Source of the DNA: an uncultured Gemmatimonadales bacterium
Lineage (GTDB): Bacteria > Gemmatimonadota > Gemmatimonadetes > Longimicrobiales > RSA9
Reading direction: 5' to 3'
Assembly: GCA_963816355.1 (NCBI GenBank)
Contig: CAWFKH010000006.1
Coordinates: forward strand, 1 to 64,000
DNA length: 64,000 nt
Shown: positions 48,408 to 58,178 of the stretch, piece by piece
Position numbering within the stretch: the stretch's first letter is position 1
Layout: every line of letters starts with the position of its first letter
Notes under the pieces: model-generated
What the model was told of the DNA's origin: nothing
Seen by the model: only the letters and a program-made list of their open reading frames with translations
The model's database searches: none
Program-made: the position numbers and the translations under genes

Positions 48408-48956
48408 GTGAGCGTGGAGAATCTGAAGGGCCGGCTTCTCGTCTCCGGTGGCCGTCTGCTCGACCCGAACTTCCGCCAGACGGTGGTGCTGATCGGCGAG
48501 CACGACGAACGCGGCGCCGTGGGAGTCGTCCTCAACCGGCCGCTGGACGTCAGCGTGGAACGGGCGGTCCCCGCGCTCGCCGGCCTCGCCGGTCCGGGGG
48601 AGGCGCTCTTCCGCGGCGGCCCCGTGGAGCCGGACCAGGCGGTGCTCCTGGTCGAGGTGGCGGACGCCGGCGTCCTCGACGTACCGGTGTTCGGGTCCGT
48701 GGGCTTCCTGACCGGAGACGTGCCGTCGGCCGTCCAGCCGGAGGTGCGCCGCGCGCGCGTCTACGTCGGCCACGCCGGCTGGGGTCCCGGCCAGCTCGAG
48801 GCGGAGCTGGCGAGCGACGCGTGGATCGTCGACGACGCCGACGCCGGCGACATCTTCACCGCCGAGCCGGGCTCGCTGTGGCGTCGCGTGCTCGAGCGGA
48901 AGGGCCCCCGCTACGCGACCCTCGCCCGGATCCCGTTCGACCCGTCGATGAACTGA
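48408..48956 (+). CDS. YqgE/AlgH (DUF179) family protein
   Basis: DPNFRQTVVL; GVVLNRP; GGPV; GHAGWGPGQLEAEL...W; DPSMN. Confidence 0.92.
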   Translation: MSVENLKGRLLVSGGRLLDPNFRQTVVLIGEHDERGAVGVVLNRPLDVSVERAVPALAGLAGPGEALFRGGPVEPDQAVLLVEVADAGVLDVPVFGSVGFLTGDVPSAVQPEVRRARVYVGHAGWGPGQLEAELASDAWIVDDADAGDIFTAEPGSLWRRVLERKGPRYATLARIPFDPSMN

Positions 48957-49009
48957 GCGTCGTCGCGCGGCGTTCGCGCGGGTGCTTCGCGCGGGCGCCT
49001 CGCGAGGAC

Positions 49010-50557
49010 TCAGTGCCTGGCGAACATCGCCTCCACGTCCTTGTGGAGCGCGGCCTGGCTGTCGGAACGGGTGTAGAACATGTGTCCGCCGGGGTACTCG
49101 TGAACGCTCACGCGCGTCGAGTCGCCCATCACCGGCATCTGGTCCACGGTCAGCACCGACCCCATGAAGGGGCACGAGAGGTCGTTCCAGCCGTGCACGA
49201 TCATGACGCGCAGCTTCGGGTCGGCGGCGACGGCCTCGCGGAGGTCGGGCACCGCGCCGGCGCGCAGCGACCGGCTGTCGCGGTCCCACTGCCCGTTCAC
49301 CTCGTAGCTGAGGGCGTGGTAGGGGCCGCTGGCGTGCCAGCCGACGACGCGCGTGACGAAGTCGACCATCGCGGTCGTGGTCGGCGCGATGATGCTCTCG
49401 AGGAGCGGATCGTTGCTGCGCTGCTGCGGCGCGTACGGGAACGGGTCCGGCGCGGTCACGTTCGAGTCGTAGACGCTGCCGATGGCGCCCTGCTCCCGGT
49501 GCACCTCGCGCAGGTAGGCACCGATGTCGATGCGGCCGCCGGCGTGGCGCACGAAGTCCTCGTCGAGCCCCGTGAGCTCCGTCACGCGGTCGATCATCGC
49601 CGAGAGGGCCTGCGGATCGGAGCGTCCCTTGAGCAGCGTCGTCGCGTAGTCGCCGCGCGCGTAGGCGACGACGTCCGCCATCGCCTGCGGCGTGAGCGCG
49701 TGCCGGCGCTCGAGGTTCGCCGCGGCCATCGACGGCAGCGTCACGATCCACGGCAGCGGCGAGAGGTCGCCGTTCTCGTCGATCGCCGGGTTCAGGTAGG
49801 GCGACACCGCGACGATGCCGTTCACCGCGACGCCGACCTGACTCTGCAGCCAGTGCGCGATGCGCGGCACGCGGTAGCCGCCGTAGCTTTCGCCGGTCAG
49901 GTACTTCCGCGACTGCAGCCGCCCGTTCCTGACGAGCCAGTCGAAGACGGCGCGCGAGAGGTAGTGAATGTCGCCGTCGGTGCTGTAGAAGTCGCGCTTC
50001 GTCGCGTCGGCGGCCTCCAGCGAGCGGCTGTAGCCGGTGCCCACCGGATCGATGAAGACGAGGTCCGTGAAGTCCAGCCAGGTTCCCGGATTGTCGGTGA
50101 GCGTCGCGGGATCGGACGGGCTGTCTCCCTGGTCGCCGAACGCGATGTGCTTGGGGCCGATCGCGCCCAGGTTCAGATAGACCGACGAGGCGCCCGGACC
50201 GCCGTTGAACGCGAACGTCACCGGCCGGTTCGGGCCGTCCACCACGTAGGACGTGTAGACGACTTCGGCAGTCTTGGTGCCGTCGGCGCCGTAGACCGGG
50301 ATCGTGCCGACCGTCGCCCTGTAGCGCAGCGTGCGGCCGTTCACCTGGATCGTCTGGTCGACGCCCGCGTCGGGCGGCAGCGGCGGCAGCTTTTCGGACG
50401 ACGACGCCTCCGCCGCCTTCGTCGCCGCGCCGGCCGGCGCCGGCGGCGCCGCGGGCCTCGTCTGCTGCGCGGACGCGCCCGGCGCCGCGAGGAGCACGCA
50501 CAGCGCGCCGGCGGCCGCGGCCGCCGCGGCGGAACGACCCGTCGATGTGGAGGTCAT
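49010..50557 (-). CDS. Secreted S10 serine carboxypeptidase
   Basis: Signal peptide; FNGGPGASS; IDPVGTGYS; GESYGG; DLSCP; GGHMFY. Confidence 0.93.
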   Translation of the reverse strand: MTSTSTGRSAAAAAAAGALCVLLAAPGASAQQTRPAAPPAPAGAATKAAEASSSEKLPPLPPDAGVDQTIQVNGRTLRYRATVGTIPVYGADGTKTAEVVYTSYVVDGPNRPVTFAFNGGPGASSVYLNLGAIGPKHIAFGDQGDSPSDPATLTDNPGTWLDFTDLVFIDPVGTGYSRSLEAADATKRDFYSTDGDIHYLSRAVFDWLVRNGRLQSRKYLTGESYGGYRVPRIAHWLQSQVGVAVNGIVAVSPYLNPAIDENGDLSPLPWIVTLPSMAAANLERRHALTPQAMADVVAYARGDYATTLLKGRSDPQALSAMIDRVTELTGLDEDFVRHAGGRIDIGAYLREVHREQGAIGSVYDSNVTAPDPFPYAPQQRSNDPLLESIIAPTTTAMVDFVTRVVGWHASGPYHALSYEVNGQWDRDSRSLRAGAVPDLREAVAADPKLRVMIVHGWNDLSCPFMGSVLTVDQMPVMGDSTRVSVHEYPGGHMFYTRSDSQAALHKDVEAMFARH

Positions 50558-50775
50558 CTTCTCAGCCTGTCGGGGTGGTCAATCAGAGCGCCGCGAGGGC
50601 GGTGGCGAAGGATCGGCCGTCGCGAGCGGCCGGTCAAGGACTGGTGGTGCGGCGGCCGCCTTGCGTGCGCCGGTCGAGGCGCCCCATCTGAGCCATGGAC
50701 GCCACGTCGCCGCGCCGTCGGAGCGGCGAGGCCGTGAACCGGCGAGGCGTTTCCGTTTCCCTTTCCCGAGGCCGT

Positions 50776-51408
50776 ATGCCCGTCGATCGCGGAGCCGTCG
50801 ACCAGCAGCTCCAGGATATCGGTGAGGGTTCGCACTGGTGGGACGTGCGCGAGCTGCGGCACCTCCCCGCGGTGCTCCAGGAGGAGGAGCGCATCCTCGC
50901 GATCGGGCGCGCGAGGATCGCGCGCATGCGCTGGATGCGCCGCGCCTGGCTCGTCGTCGTGACCGATCGGCGGCTCCTCTTTCTGCGCTCTGGTGCGCGC
51001 TCGAGCTGGAGGCAGCTCGAGGTGCCGGTGCGCGAGATCACGCGCGTCACCCTCCGCATCGGCCCGTTTCGCGGGCGCGTGCGCGTGCTCGCCGCGGCGG
51101 AAAAGTACCGGCTGCTGCTGCAGCGCCACGACGCCAGCAAGGTCGCTTCCGCCCTCGCGCTCGTCGACGCCCCCGCCAACCAGGTCGCGAGCGCGTTCGG
51201 ACCCGTCCGCATGCTGCGCCAGGTGGTAGACCACATGATGGCGCTGCCTGCCGTGGCGCTCGACACCGCCCGGGCGTTGCCGCCCGCTCAGCCCGAGATG
51301 GACGAGTCGCGGCGTCGCATCGAGGCACTCGAGGAGCAGGTCCAGCAGCTTCAACGGCAGGTCGATTTCCTCGAGGAGCTGCTGCGCCGGCGACAGGAAG
51401 GGGACTGA
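50776..51408 (+). CDS. Bacterial PH-domain protein with C-terminal coiled coil
   Basis: LQEEERIL...LVVVTDRRLLFL; IEALEEQVQQLQRQVDFLEELL. Confidence 0.75.
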   Translation: MPVDRGAVDQQLQDIGEGSHWWDVRELRHLPAVLQEEERILAIGRARIARMRWMRRAWLVVVTDRRLLFLRSGARSSWRQLEVPVREITRVTLRIGPFRGRVRVLAAAEKYRLLLQRHDASKVASALALVDAPANQVASAFGPVRMLRQVVDHMMALPAVALDTARALPPAQPEMDESRRRIEALEEQVQQLQRQVDFLEELLRRRQEGD

Positions 51409-51512
51409 GCGTCCGGCTGGCGACCTGCTGCCGCTAGCGTCGCGTCGACCCCGTGGAGGCCTGCGCGCCGCGTGAGGCCGAGGTGCCCCGCGCGGGGCAC
51501 GCGCCGGACGGG

Positions 51513-51758
51513 TCAGGGGCGGGGCGCCGCATCGCCCTGCCGGGCGGCGAGGGTGTCCAGGTCCCGTCGGATCGCGTCGAGGCTGTCCACCACCCTCTCC
51601 ATCTGGGAGTGCAGTGGCCGCAGGTCTGCGGGGGCCGCGGTTTCGAGGGCGCGTCGGATCCGCGCCGCCCATCGAGCCACGAGGAACACCGCGACGAACG
51701 GCGCCGCGTAGAGGGCGATGAAGAGGATCTCGACGAGCAGGGTTTCGAATTCGTTCAT
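51513..51758 (-). CDS. Small membrane protein (1 TM plus coiled coil)
   Basis: MNEFETLLVEILFIALYAAPFVAVFLVARW...MERVVDSLDAIRRDLDTL; purine-rich RBS. Confidence 0.65.
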   Translation of the reverse strand: MNEFETLLVEILFIALYAAPFVAVFLVARWAARIRRALETAAPADLRPLHSQMERVVDSLDAIRRDLDTLAARQGDAAPRP

Positions 51759-51847
51759 CTCGGTCTTCCCTTCCGCGGTTTCCCCGCACGATCGCATAAC
51801 TGCCCCGCCGCAGGCGCGCGTCAAGGGTCGCGGCGGGAGGGCGCGGT

Positions 51848-52112
51848 GTTTCACGCGGGGGGCGCGGCGTTTCACGCGGAGGGCGCGGAGGGGTTTCACG
51901 CGGAGGGCGCGGGGGACGCGGAGGGGCGACCGGCGTCGCGCGAGGTGCGCGGCACGGCCTGCATCCTTTTCTGGGTGGTTCTTCGGCTGCGAACGGGCGT
52001 CGCGCGACGAGACCCCAACAAGACCAGCGCCTACGGGGCGACGCCGCACCCCACGCGGGAAGCCCTGCCGGCAGCGAACCCCACCGCGCCCTCCGCGCCC
52101 TCCGCGTGAAAC
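51848..52112. mobile_element. MITE/REP-like element with 24-bp terminal inverted repeats
   Basis: GTTTCACGCGGAGGGCGCGGAGGG (51869-51892) is the perfect reverse complement of 52089-52112. Left-end copies are stacked at 51848, 51869 and 51893. Confidence 0.7.
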
Positions 52113-52123
52113 AAACCAGCGAT

Positions 52124-52582
52124 TCAGCCTCGCCGCGAAGCGTCCTCAGGCCCTCGGATCGCTGAGGCGGAGGGCGCGGCGTTTCTCCGCGGGGCGTCCG
52201 CGACGTCCGCTCCGTTCTCGACGAGGAGCTGGCGCAGGATGGAGCGGTGGCAGCGGCTCTCCTCCTCGCAGTAGCAGCCGACGGAGAAGTCCGTGGCGTG
52301 CGACAGCGCGGCGAGGAGCTCGAGATCGTGCCGCGCGCCGGGCGCGGCCATTTCGGCGCGGTACTTCTTCGCGAACTGCGACCACTGCGACGGCGACTCC
52401 GCCGCTTGCGCCAGCTTCACCGCCTCCGCGCTCGGCGCAAGGTTCGGGAACCAGACGTCGTACCAGTCTCGCGCGGCGAACTCGGACTTCAGCACGCCCC
52501 GCGGCGGCCGGCGCACGGTGCCGATGCGCAGCCCCTCGCCGGGGAGGCGCGGGCTGCCGAGGCGCACGATCGTCACGCTCAT
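52124..52582 (-). CDS. DUF488 family protein
   Basis: GLRIGTVRRPPRGV; WFPNLAPS; GCYCEEESRCHRSIL. Confidence 0.88.
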   Translation of the reverse strand: MSVTIVRLGSPRLPGEGLRIGTVRRPPRGVLKSEFAARDWYDVWFPNLAPSAEAVKLAQAAESPSQWSQFAKKYRAEMAAPGARHDLELLAALSHATDFSVGCYCEEESRCHRSILRQLLVENGADVADAPRRNAAPSASAIRGPEDASRRG

Positions 52583-52618
52583 GAACCGGTGGGTCTGCGG
52601 CGTGGTCCGCTTCCCGCC

Positions 52619-54328
52619 TTACAGCTTCGGTAGGTGGCCGCCCGGAGCGGACGCTTCGATGTGGCGCGCCATCTTCCGCAGCAGCGAGGCGGTGGTCTGG
52701 CCCTGCCAGCCGTGGCCCTTGGCGGGGCGGCCGAAGTGGAAGGCGCCGGCGTAGTACGGGTCGGTGGTGGACTCGAGGAAGTCGCGCATGCGGTAGACGG
52801 CGAGGTTGAGGTAGAAGTCGTCCACGTCGCCGACGTAGACGTGGATCTGGCCGACCAGGTGAGGCCCGACGGTGGCCCAGTTGCGCTGGAGGTAGTCGCG
52901 CAGGTCGAAGCCGTGGGCGCGCATGTACTCGGCGACGTCGTGGTCGATGACCCCGGTGCGCTTGTCCCAGAGCGGGACGGGGTAGCCGTCGTCGCCGATC
53001 GGCCCCCATGCGGCTTCCCAGATCTCGTACTGCTGGCCCGAGCGGCCGTGGGTGCCGAGCGCGTCCTCGAGCTGGCTCATCTGGCGCGTGGTGACCATCG
53101 GCTGCCCATCGCCGGGGGTGCGCATCATGAAGCGCTCCGGCGTGTTCCAGCGGTCGCCGCCGGGTGCGATGAAGGCGTTGGCGTCGTGGTAGATGTCGGT
53201 GAGCTGATAGTTGCGGAAGTCGATCGGATCCGGACAGAAGACCCAGGTTCCACCGAAGAATTCCGGATGGCGGACCTGCAGCGCCATCGCGATCCAGCCA
53301 CCGGTCGATGCGCCGGTGAGGACGCGCGCCCACGGCTTGCCGATCATGCGGAAGTGCTGCTCCAGGTAGGGGATCAGCTCCTGCCGGATCGCGTCCCCGT
53401 AGGGGCCGTTGTTGACCGAGTTGACGGCGTAGGAGTCGTCGAAGTACGGCGTCGGATGCTGGATCGTCACCGCGATCATGCGGGGGAAATCGTCGCTTAC
53501 CCACTGCTTGTAGAGCTGGAACGGCGTTTCGCGTCCGAGGGAGGCCATGAACGCCCGCAACGAGGACGGCAGAGCGACGGAATCGGTCGTGAAGTCGAAG
53601 GGCGGCCGCAGGTTGAAGTGGTTGAACTGGAACACGACCGGATAGCGGCGGTCGGTCTCCGTGTCGTAGTCGCGGGGCAGCAGGACTGTCGCGCCGAGGT
53701 ACATGTCGTGGCCCCAGAACTTCGACAGCATCTCGCTGCGTATCTTGACGTGCTTCACCCACTTCGTGTCGTCCGGCATCTTCACCTGGGGGAGCTTGCG
53801 CTCGAGCGCGATGCGGATCGGGCCGCCCTTCGGGTCGTAGTGCACCCTGCGCACGCTGCTCACCAAGTTGCCGGGCGAGACGACGAAGTTCTGCCCCTCC
53901 CAGTGGTCCATGTGCGCCCAGATCGTGTGGCCGTCGGCGCGGTGGAACTGCGTGTAGACGTTGAGCACCGCCTGCACGTAATAGTCGCCCTCCGGCAGGC
54001 CGGCGAGCGAGCGCACCGGGTAGCCCGCCGCGGATCCACCCACGACCGCCGCCTCGCCCGGCTTCAAGCCGCTCACGTCCGCACCGAACAGCGGCGCCAC
54101 CCCGAACCAGCCGCCCACCTGGAAGCGCGGCTCCGGGACCGAGTCCGTGGCCAGGATCACGAAGACGCGCCCGGTGATCGGACCGGCGTCGAGCGACGCC
54201 GGAAAGGTGACGAGGATGCGGGGTCCCGCCACATCCCGGACGGCCTCCGCGCCGGCAGCGGGTGCTGCGGCGAACAGCGCGAGCGCGAGGAGAGGGAGGG
54301 CGCGGATGCGTCGGGTGAGGCGTGCCAT
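52619..54328 (-). CDS. Secreted alpha/beta-hydrolase (esterase-like) with N-terminal beta-sandwich domain
   Basis: Signal peptide; DSYAVNSVNNGPYGDA; LTGASTGG nucleophile elbow; GDVDDFYL; HGW. Confidence 0.85.
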   Translation of the reverse strand: MARLTRRIRALPLLALALFAAAPAAGAEAVRDVAGPRILVTFPASLDAGPITGRVFVILATDSVPEPRFQVGGWFGVAPLFGADVSGLKPGEAAVVGGSAAGYPVRSLAGLPEGDYYVQAVLNVYTQFHRADGHTIWAHMDHWEGQNFVVSPGNLVSSVRRVHYDPKGGPIRIALERKLPQVKMPDDTKWVKHVKIRSEMLSKFWGHDMYLGATVLLPRDYDTETDRRYPVVFQFNHFNLRPPFDFTTDSVALPSSLRAFMASLGRETPFQLYKQWVSDDFPRMIAVTIQHPTPYFDDSYAVNSVNNGPYGDAIRQELIPYLEQHFRMIGKPWARVLTGASTGGWIAMALQVRHPEFFGGTWVFCPDPIDFRNYQLTDIYHDANAFIAPGGDRWNTPERFMMRTPGDGQPMVTTRQMSQLEDALGTHGRSGQQYEIWEAAWGPIGDDGYPVPLWDKRTGVIDHDVAEYMRAHGFDLRDYLQRNWATVGPHLVGQIHVYVGDVDDFYLNLAVYRMRDFLESTTDPYYAGAFHFGRPAKGHGWQGQTTASLLRKMARHIEASAPGGHLPKL

Positions 54329-54526
54329 GGCCGGTCTCCGGATGGGGTCGGAAGACGGCCATAGTAGACGGCGCGGGGGCGGTCCACCAGCCGCTCGGGG
54401 AGGCGCGCGGGGACGTGCGGTGCGAGAGGATCTCGAGCGGGTGCGGGGCGTGACCGCGACGATGCGAGCCGTAGCGCCCGTGGCCTCGCCGCGCCGGCGG
54501 CTGGCGGCTGGAGGGGCGACGGCGCT

Positions 54527-56998
54527 CTAGCCGCGCTCGGCGGCGCCCCGGTCGAGCAGGTCCCGCACCGCCCGCACCAGCTCGTGGAGGTCGAACGGCT
54601 TGCGAAGGAAGGCGTGGGGGGTGCGCCCGAGCTCGTCGCGCACCCTCTGGTCCTCGGCGTATCCGGAGATGAAGAGGACTGGCAGCGACGGACGCTCGGC
54701 GGTGAGGCGGCGGGCGAGCTCTGCCCCGCCGACGCGCGGCATCTCGACGTCGGTGACGAGGATGTCGATTCCACCGTCGGCCTCGGCGGCGCACGCGAGC
54801 GCCTCGACGCCGTCGGCGGCGAGGAGGACGCGGTAGCCGAGGCGGCGCAGCGCCGCCGACATCAGGCGGCGGATGCCGCCTTCGTCGTCTACGAAGAGCA
54901 CGGTCGTGATCGGCGTTGGCGCATCGGGGGCCCCTGGGAGATCGACCTCGCCCGTCGGCCGCCGGCGCTGCGGCGGCTCCCCCGGCGGCGGCCGTTGCGA
55001 TCGCGGGGGCCGGCGCTCGCCGGCGGGCGCGGGTTCGTCGCGCGGTCGGCCGGCGGCGGGGAATGCCACGCGGACGGTCGTGCCGCGCCCGACGGCGCTC
55101 TCGATGCGGATCTCGCCGCCGTTCTGGTGCACGATGCCGTGGATGGTGGACAGACCGAGGCCACTCGCGCTCGCCCGTTCCTTGGTCGTGAAGAACGGCT
55201 CGAAGACGCGCTCGCGGACGGCGTCGCTCATGCCGACGCCATCGTCGCGGACGGCAATGCCGACGGACGCGCCGCCGTCGTCGTCGCGGTGGAAGGAGGC
55301 CAGGCGGAGGCGTCCTCCGTCCGGCATCGCGTCGCGGGCGTTGAGCACGAGGTGGACGAGCGCCTGCTGGATGGAGGCGGGGTCGACCCATGCGTGGGGG
55401 GGTGCCGGCGCAAGCTCGAGGGAGAGCTCGATCTCGGGTCCGACGATCTGGCGCGCGGTGCGCCGGAAACCGACGAGCAGAGCGTTGACGTCGACGGCCT
55501 CGGGGCGCAGCACTTGGCGGCGACCGAAGGAGAGGAGCTGGTTGACGAGCGCGGTGCCGCGGCTCGCCGCCCGCCGGATCTCCTCCACCAGCGGTCGGCT
55601 CGCCGCGGCGCCGCCGTGCGCGTCCTCGAGGAGGGCGTCCGTGGCGGCGGTCAGCACCGTACTGATGTTGTTGAAGTCGTGAGCGAGCCCGCCGGTGAGG
55701 TGCGAGAGCGCCTCCATCCTCTGGGCCTCGCGCAGCCGTGCCTCCACTCGGCGGTGTTCCGAGCCGTCGCGCACGATGAAGGTGGTCAGAGGTTCGCCGG
55801 CGAACCGGGTGGAGGTCGCCGTCCCCTCCAGGGGGAAGCTCGTGCCGTCGACGCGCAGGCCGCGCACGCCATCCTCCGGTCCGAACTCGAGACGCCGTTC
55901 GACACCGTCCGGACGGAGCAGCGGCGCGAGCGCATCGGGCGGATCGGCCGCGACGAACCGCACGATCGGCTCGCCCGTCATGCGCGCGGCATCGAAGCGC
56001 AACAGCGCTCCGGCACTCTCGTTGGCGAGTCGCACGATCCCCTCGCCGTCGACCGTGAGAATCGCGTCCCGCGCCGTGGCGATGACGTGAGCGAGTTGCG
56101 CGCGCGACTCAGCCAGGCGGCGCAAGCGGCGCGCGCGCAGCCCGCGGTCGACCGCGAGCGCGCCGACGAGGATGAAGAGGAGCGCGGCCGCGGCGAGCGC
56201 GGTGGCGCGGTGTCGAGCGGCGGCGACGTCGGCGAGGAGCTCGGCGTCGGCGAAGCGGACGAAGACGCCCCAGCCGGCGTCCGTGGCGCCGCCGGCGGCC
56301 CAGCGGATCGGCTCCCTGCCGCCGGACGTGCCGGTCGCGATCCCGGGACGGAGCGCCGCGCGCATGCGCGGCGGCGCGTCCGCCAGCAGCAGCACAGCGG
56401 GCGGAAGCTGCCGGCCTTGGTAGTCGTAGGCGAGGACGAGGACGCTGTCCCCCAGTCGCTGCACCACCGCCGTGCCGAAGGTCAGGGATGCGTTGTCGAA
56501 CGGCGCGCGCGGCATCGGCTCGGCGCGGTAGAGGGCGCTGACACGGCTCGCGTCGCCCACCGGGACGGCGATGTCGAGGACGCGGCGTCCGTCCGCGGCC
56601 TCGCCGAAGCGTGCCGCGGCCGAGTCCGTGGCGAGCGCGCGGCGGACGACCGCGGCGGCGGCGGGACGGAGTCCGGAGCCGAGCGGATCGGCGAGGCGCG
56701 TTTCGGCGGAGTCCGAGCGGGCGGCGAGGAGGCGCTCGAGGACGCCCGCGACGGCGCGCGTGCTGTCGAGCGCACCGATGAGCGCGCCGAGCTGGCCGGC
56801 AGCCTCGACCTGCCGCGTACGCCAGGCGACGAGGTCGCCGCGGAAGGTGGTGGCGCGGTCGGAGACGCGGCGCGTGGCCGTGGCGAGGGATTGCGTCCGC
56901 ACCCAGCGCACGTACGCGACAGCGGCGAGGGCGACCCCGAGGGTGCCCAGCACGCCGGCGACAACCACCCAGCGTCGAACGGCTCGGAATCTGTTCAC
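54527..56998 (-). CDS. Hybrid sensor kinase (TM-periplasmic-TM-PAS-HisKA-HATPase-REC)
   Basis: GGLAHDFNN; LNARDAM; FEPFFTTK; GLGLSTIHGIV; VTDVEMP; FLRKPF. Confidence 0.92.
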   Translation of the reverse strand: MNRFRAVRRWVVVAGVLGTLGVALAAVAYVRWVRTQSLATATRRVSDRATTFRGDLVAWRTRQVEAAGQLGALIGALDSTRAVAGVLERLLAARSDSAETRLADPLGSGLRPAAAAVVRRALATDSAAARFGEAADGRRVLDIAVPVGDASRVSALYRAEPMPRAPFDNASLTFGTAVVQRLGDSVLVLAYDYQGRQLPPAVLLLADAPPRMRAALRPGIATGTSGGREPIRWAAGGATDAGWGVFVRFADAELLADVAAARHRATALAAAALLFILVGALAVDRGLRARRLRRLAESRAQLAHVIATARDAILTVDGEGIVRLANESAGALLRFDAARMTGEPIVRFVAADPPDALAPLLRPDGVERRLEFGPEDGVRGLRVDGTSFPLEGTATSTRFAGEPLTTFIVRDGSEHRRVEARLREAQRMEALSHLTGGLAHDFNNISTVLTAATDALLEDAHGGAAASRPLVEEIRRAASRGTALVNQLLSFGRRQVLRPEAVDVNALLVGFRRTARQIVGPEIELSLELAPAPPHAWVDPASIQQALVHLVLNARDAMPDGGRLRLASFHRDDDGGASVGIAVRDDGVGMSDAVRERVFEPFFTTKERASASGLGLSTIHGIVHQNGGEIRIESAVGRGTTVRVAFPAAGRPRDEPAPAGERRPPRSQRPPPGEPPQRRRPTGEVDLPGAPDAPTPITTVLFVDDEGGIRRLMSAALRRLGYRVLLAADGVEALACAAEADGGIDILVTDVEMPRVGGAELARRLTAERPSLPVLFISGYAEDQRVRDELGRTPHAFLRKPFDLHELVRAVRDLLDRGAAERG

Positions 56999-57195
56999 GG
57001 TGGAGGAAAACTACGACGGCGAGGTCGCGGCGCGCCACAGGGATGAAGAACGCGCGGCGGCCTGAGCGGCGCTCGTGCCGGACGTCGGGTTCACTCGGAA
57101 CGCGGCTTGCTGCCTTCCGAGCCAGCCCGACCGGGCCGGTGCCGGCGGCGCCGACGACGAGCGCAGGGGACGGGACGGAAAGGGAAGGGTGTAGC

Positions 57196-58116
57196 GTGGA
57201 GCGACGCAGGATCGGAAACCTGGAGGTGTCCGTCGTGGGGCTCGGCTGCAACAACTTCGGCACCCGCCTGGACGAGGCGGGCACGCGCGAGGTGGTCGCG
57301 GCCGCGCTCGACGCCGGCATCGACTTCTTCGACACGGCCAACAGCTACGGCGGCGGCGAGAGCGAGACGTTCCTCGGGCGTGCGTTGCGCGGGCGGCGTG
57401 GGGAAGCGGTCGTCGCCACGAAGTTCGGCTCCGGCAGCCGCGGCATGCCGGCGGGCGCGCGCCCCGACACGGTGCGCGAATCGGCGGACGCGAGCCTGCG
57501 CCGGCTCGGCATGGAGCGGATCGACCTGTACCAGCTCCACAAACCGGACCCGGCCGTGCCGATCGCGGAGACGCTCGGTGCGCTGCGCGAGCTGGTGGAG
57601 GAGGGGAAGGTGCGGCAGGTCGGCTGTTCCAACTTCTCGGTGGCCCAGCTTCGGGAGGCGGAGGCGGCGGCGGAGCGCATCGACCTCCGCTTCGTCAGCG
57701 TCCAGAACGAGTACAGCCTGCTGGATCGGGAGCCGGAGCGCGGCGTGCTCGCGGAGTGCGAGCGGTGCGACGTCGCGTTCATCCCCTATTTCCCGCTGGC
57801 GAGCGGCCTCCTCACCGGCAAGTATCGGGAGGGCCATCCGCCGCCCGAGGGGACGCGGATCACCGAGGGCTGGGCGGGCGATCGCCTCACCGACAAGGCG
57901 CTCGCCACCGTCGAGCGACTCGCCCGCTGGGCCGAGGCGCGCGGCCACACGCTGCTCGAGCTGGCGTTCTCCTGGCTGCTGGCGCACGACGTGGTGGCGT
58001 CGGTGATCGCCGGCGCCACGAGCCCGGACCAGGTGCGCTCGAACGCCGCGGCCGCGGGGTGGGCGCTCGGCGAGACCGACCTGCGCTCGCTCGACGAGGC
58101 GCTCGCGAGGAACTGA
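57196..58116 (+). CDS. Aldo/keto reductase
   Basis: GLGCNNFG; FDTANSYG; ATKFG; IDLYQLH; GCSNF; QNEYSLL; PYFPLASGLLTGKY. Confidence 0.93.
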   Translation: MERRRIGNLEVSVVGLGCNNFGTRLDEAGTREVVAAALDAGIDFFDTANSYGGGESETFLGRALRGRRGEAVVATKFGSGSRGMPAGARPDTVRESADASLRRLGMERIDLYQLHKPDPAVPIAETLGALRELVEEGKVRQVGCSNFSVAQLREAEAAAERIDLRFVSVQNEYSLLDREPERGVLAECERCDVAFIPYFPLASGLLTGKYREGHPPPEGTRITEGWAGDRLTDKALATVERLARWAEARGHTLLELAFSWLLAHDVVASVIAGATSPDQVRSNAAAAGWALGETDLRSLDEALARN

Positions 58117-58178
58117 CGGAGAGCTGACGCGCGGAGCAAGCGGGATCTGCGGGGGCAGGACGGCCATCCGTCGCCGTC

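Noticed and set aside
51483..51500. GTGCCCCGCGCGGGGCAC as another copy of the 176-bp element arm
   Set aside because: It resembles the first ~25 bp only and lacks the fixed-spacing GGGG/CCCC. It is more simply a hairpin between convergent genes.
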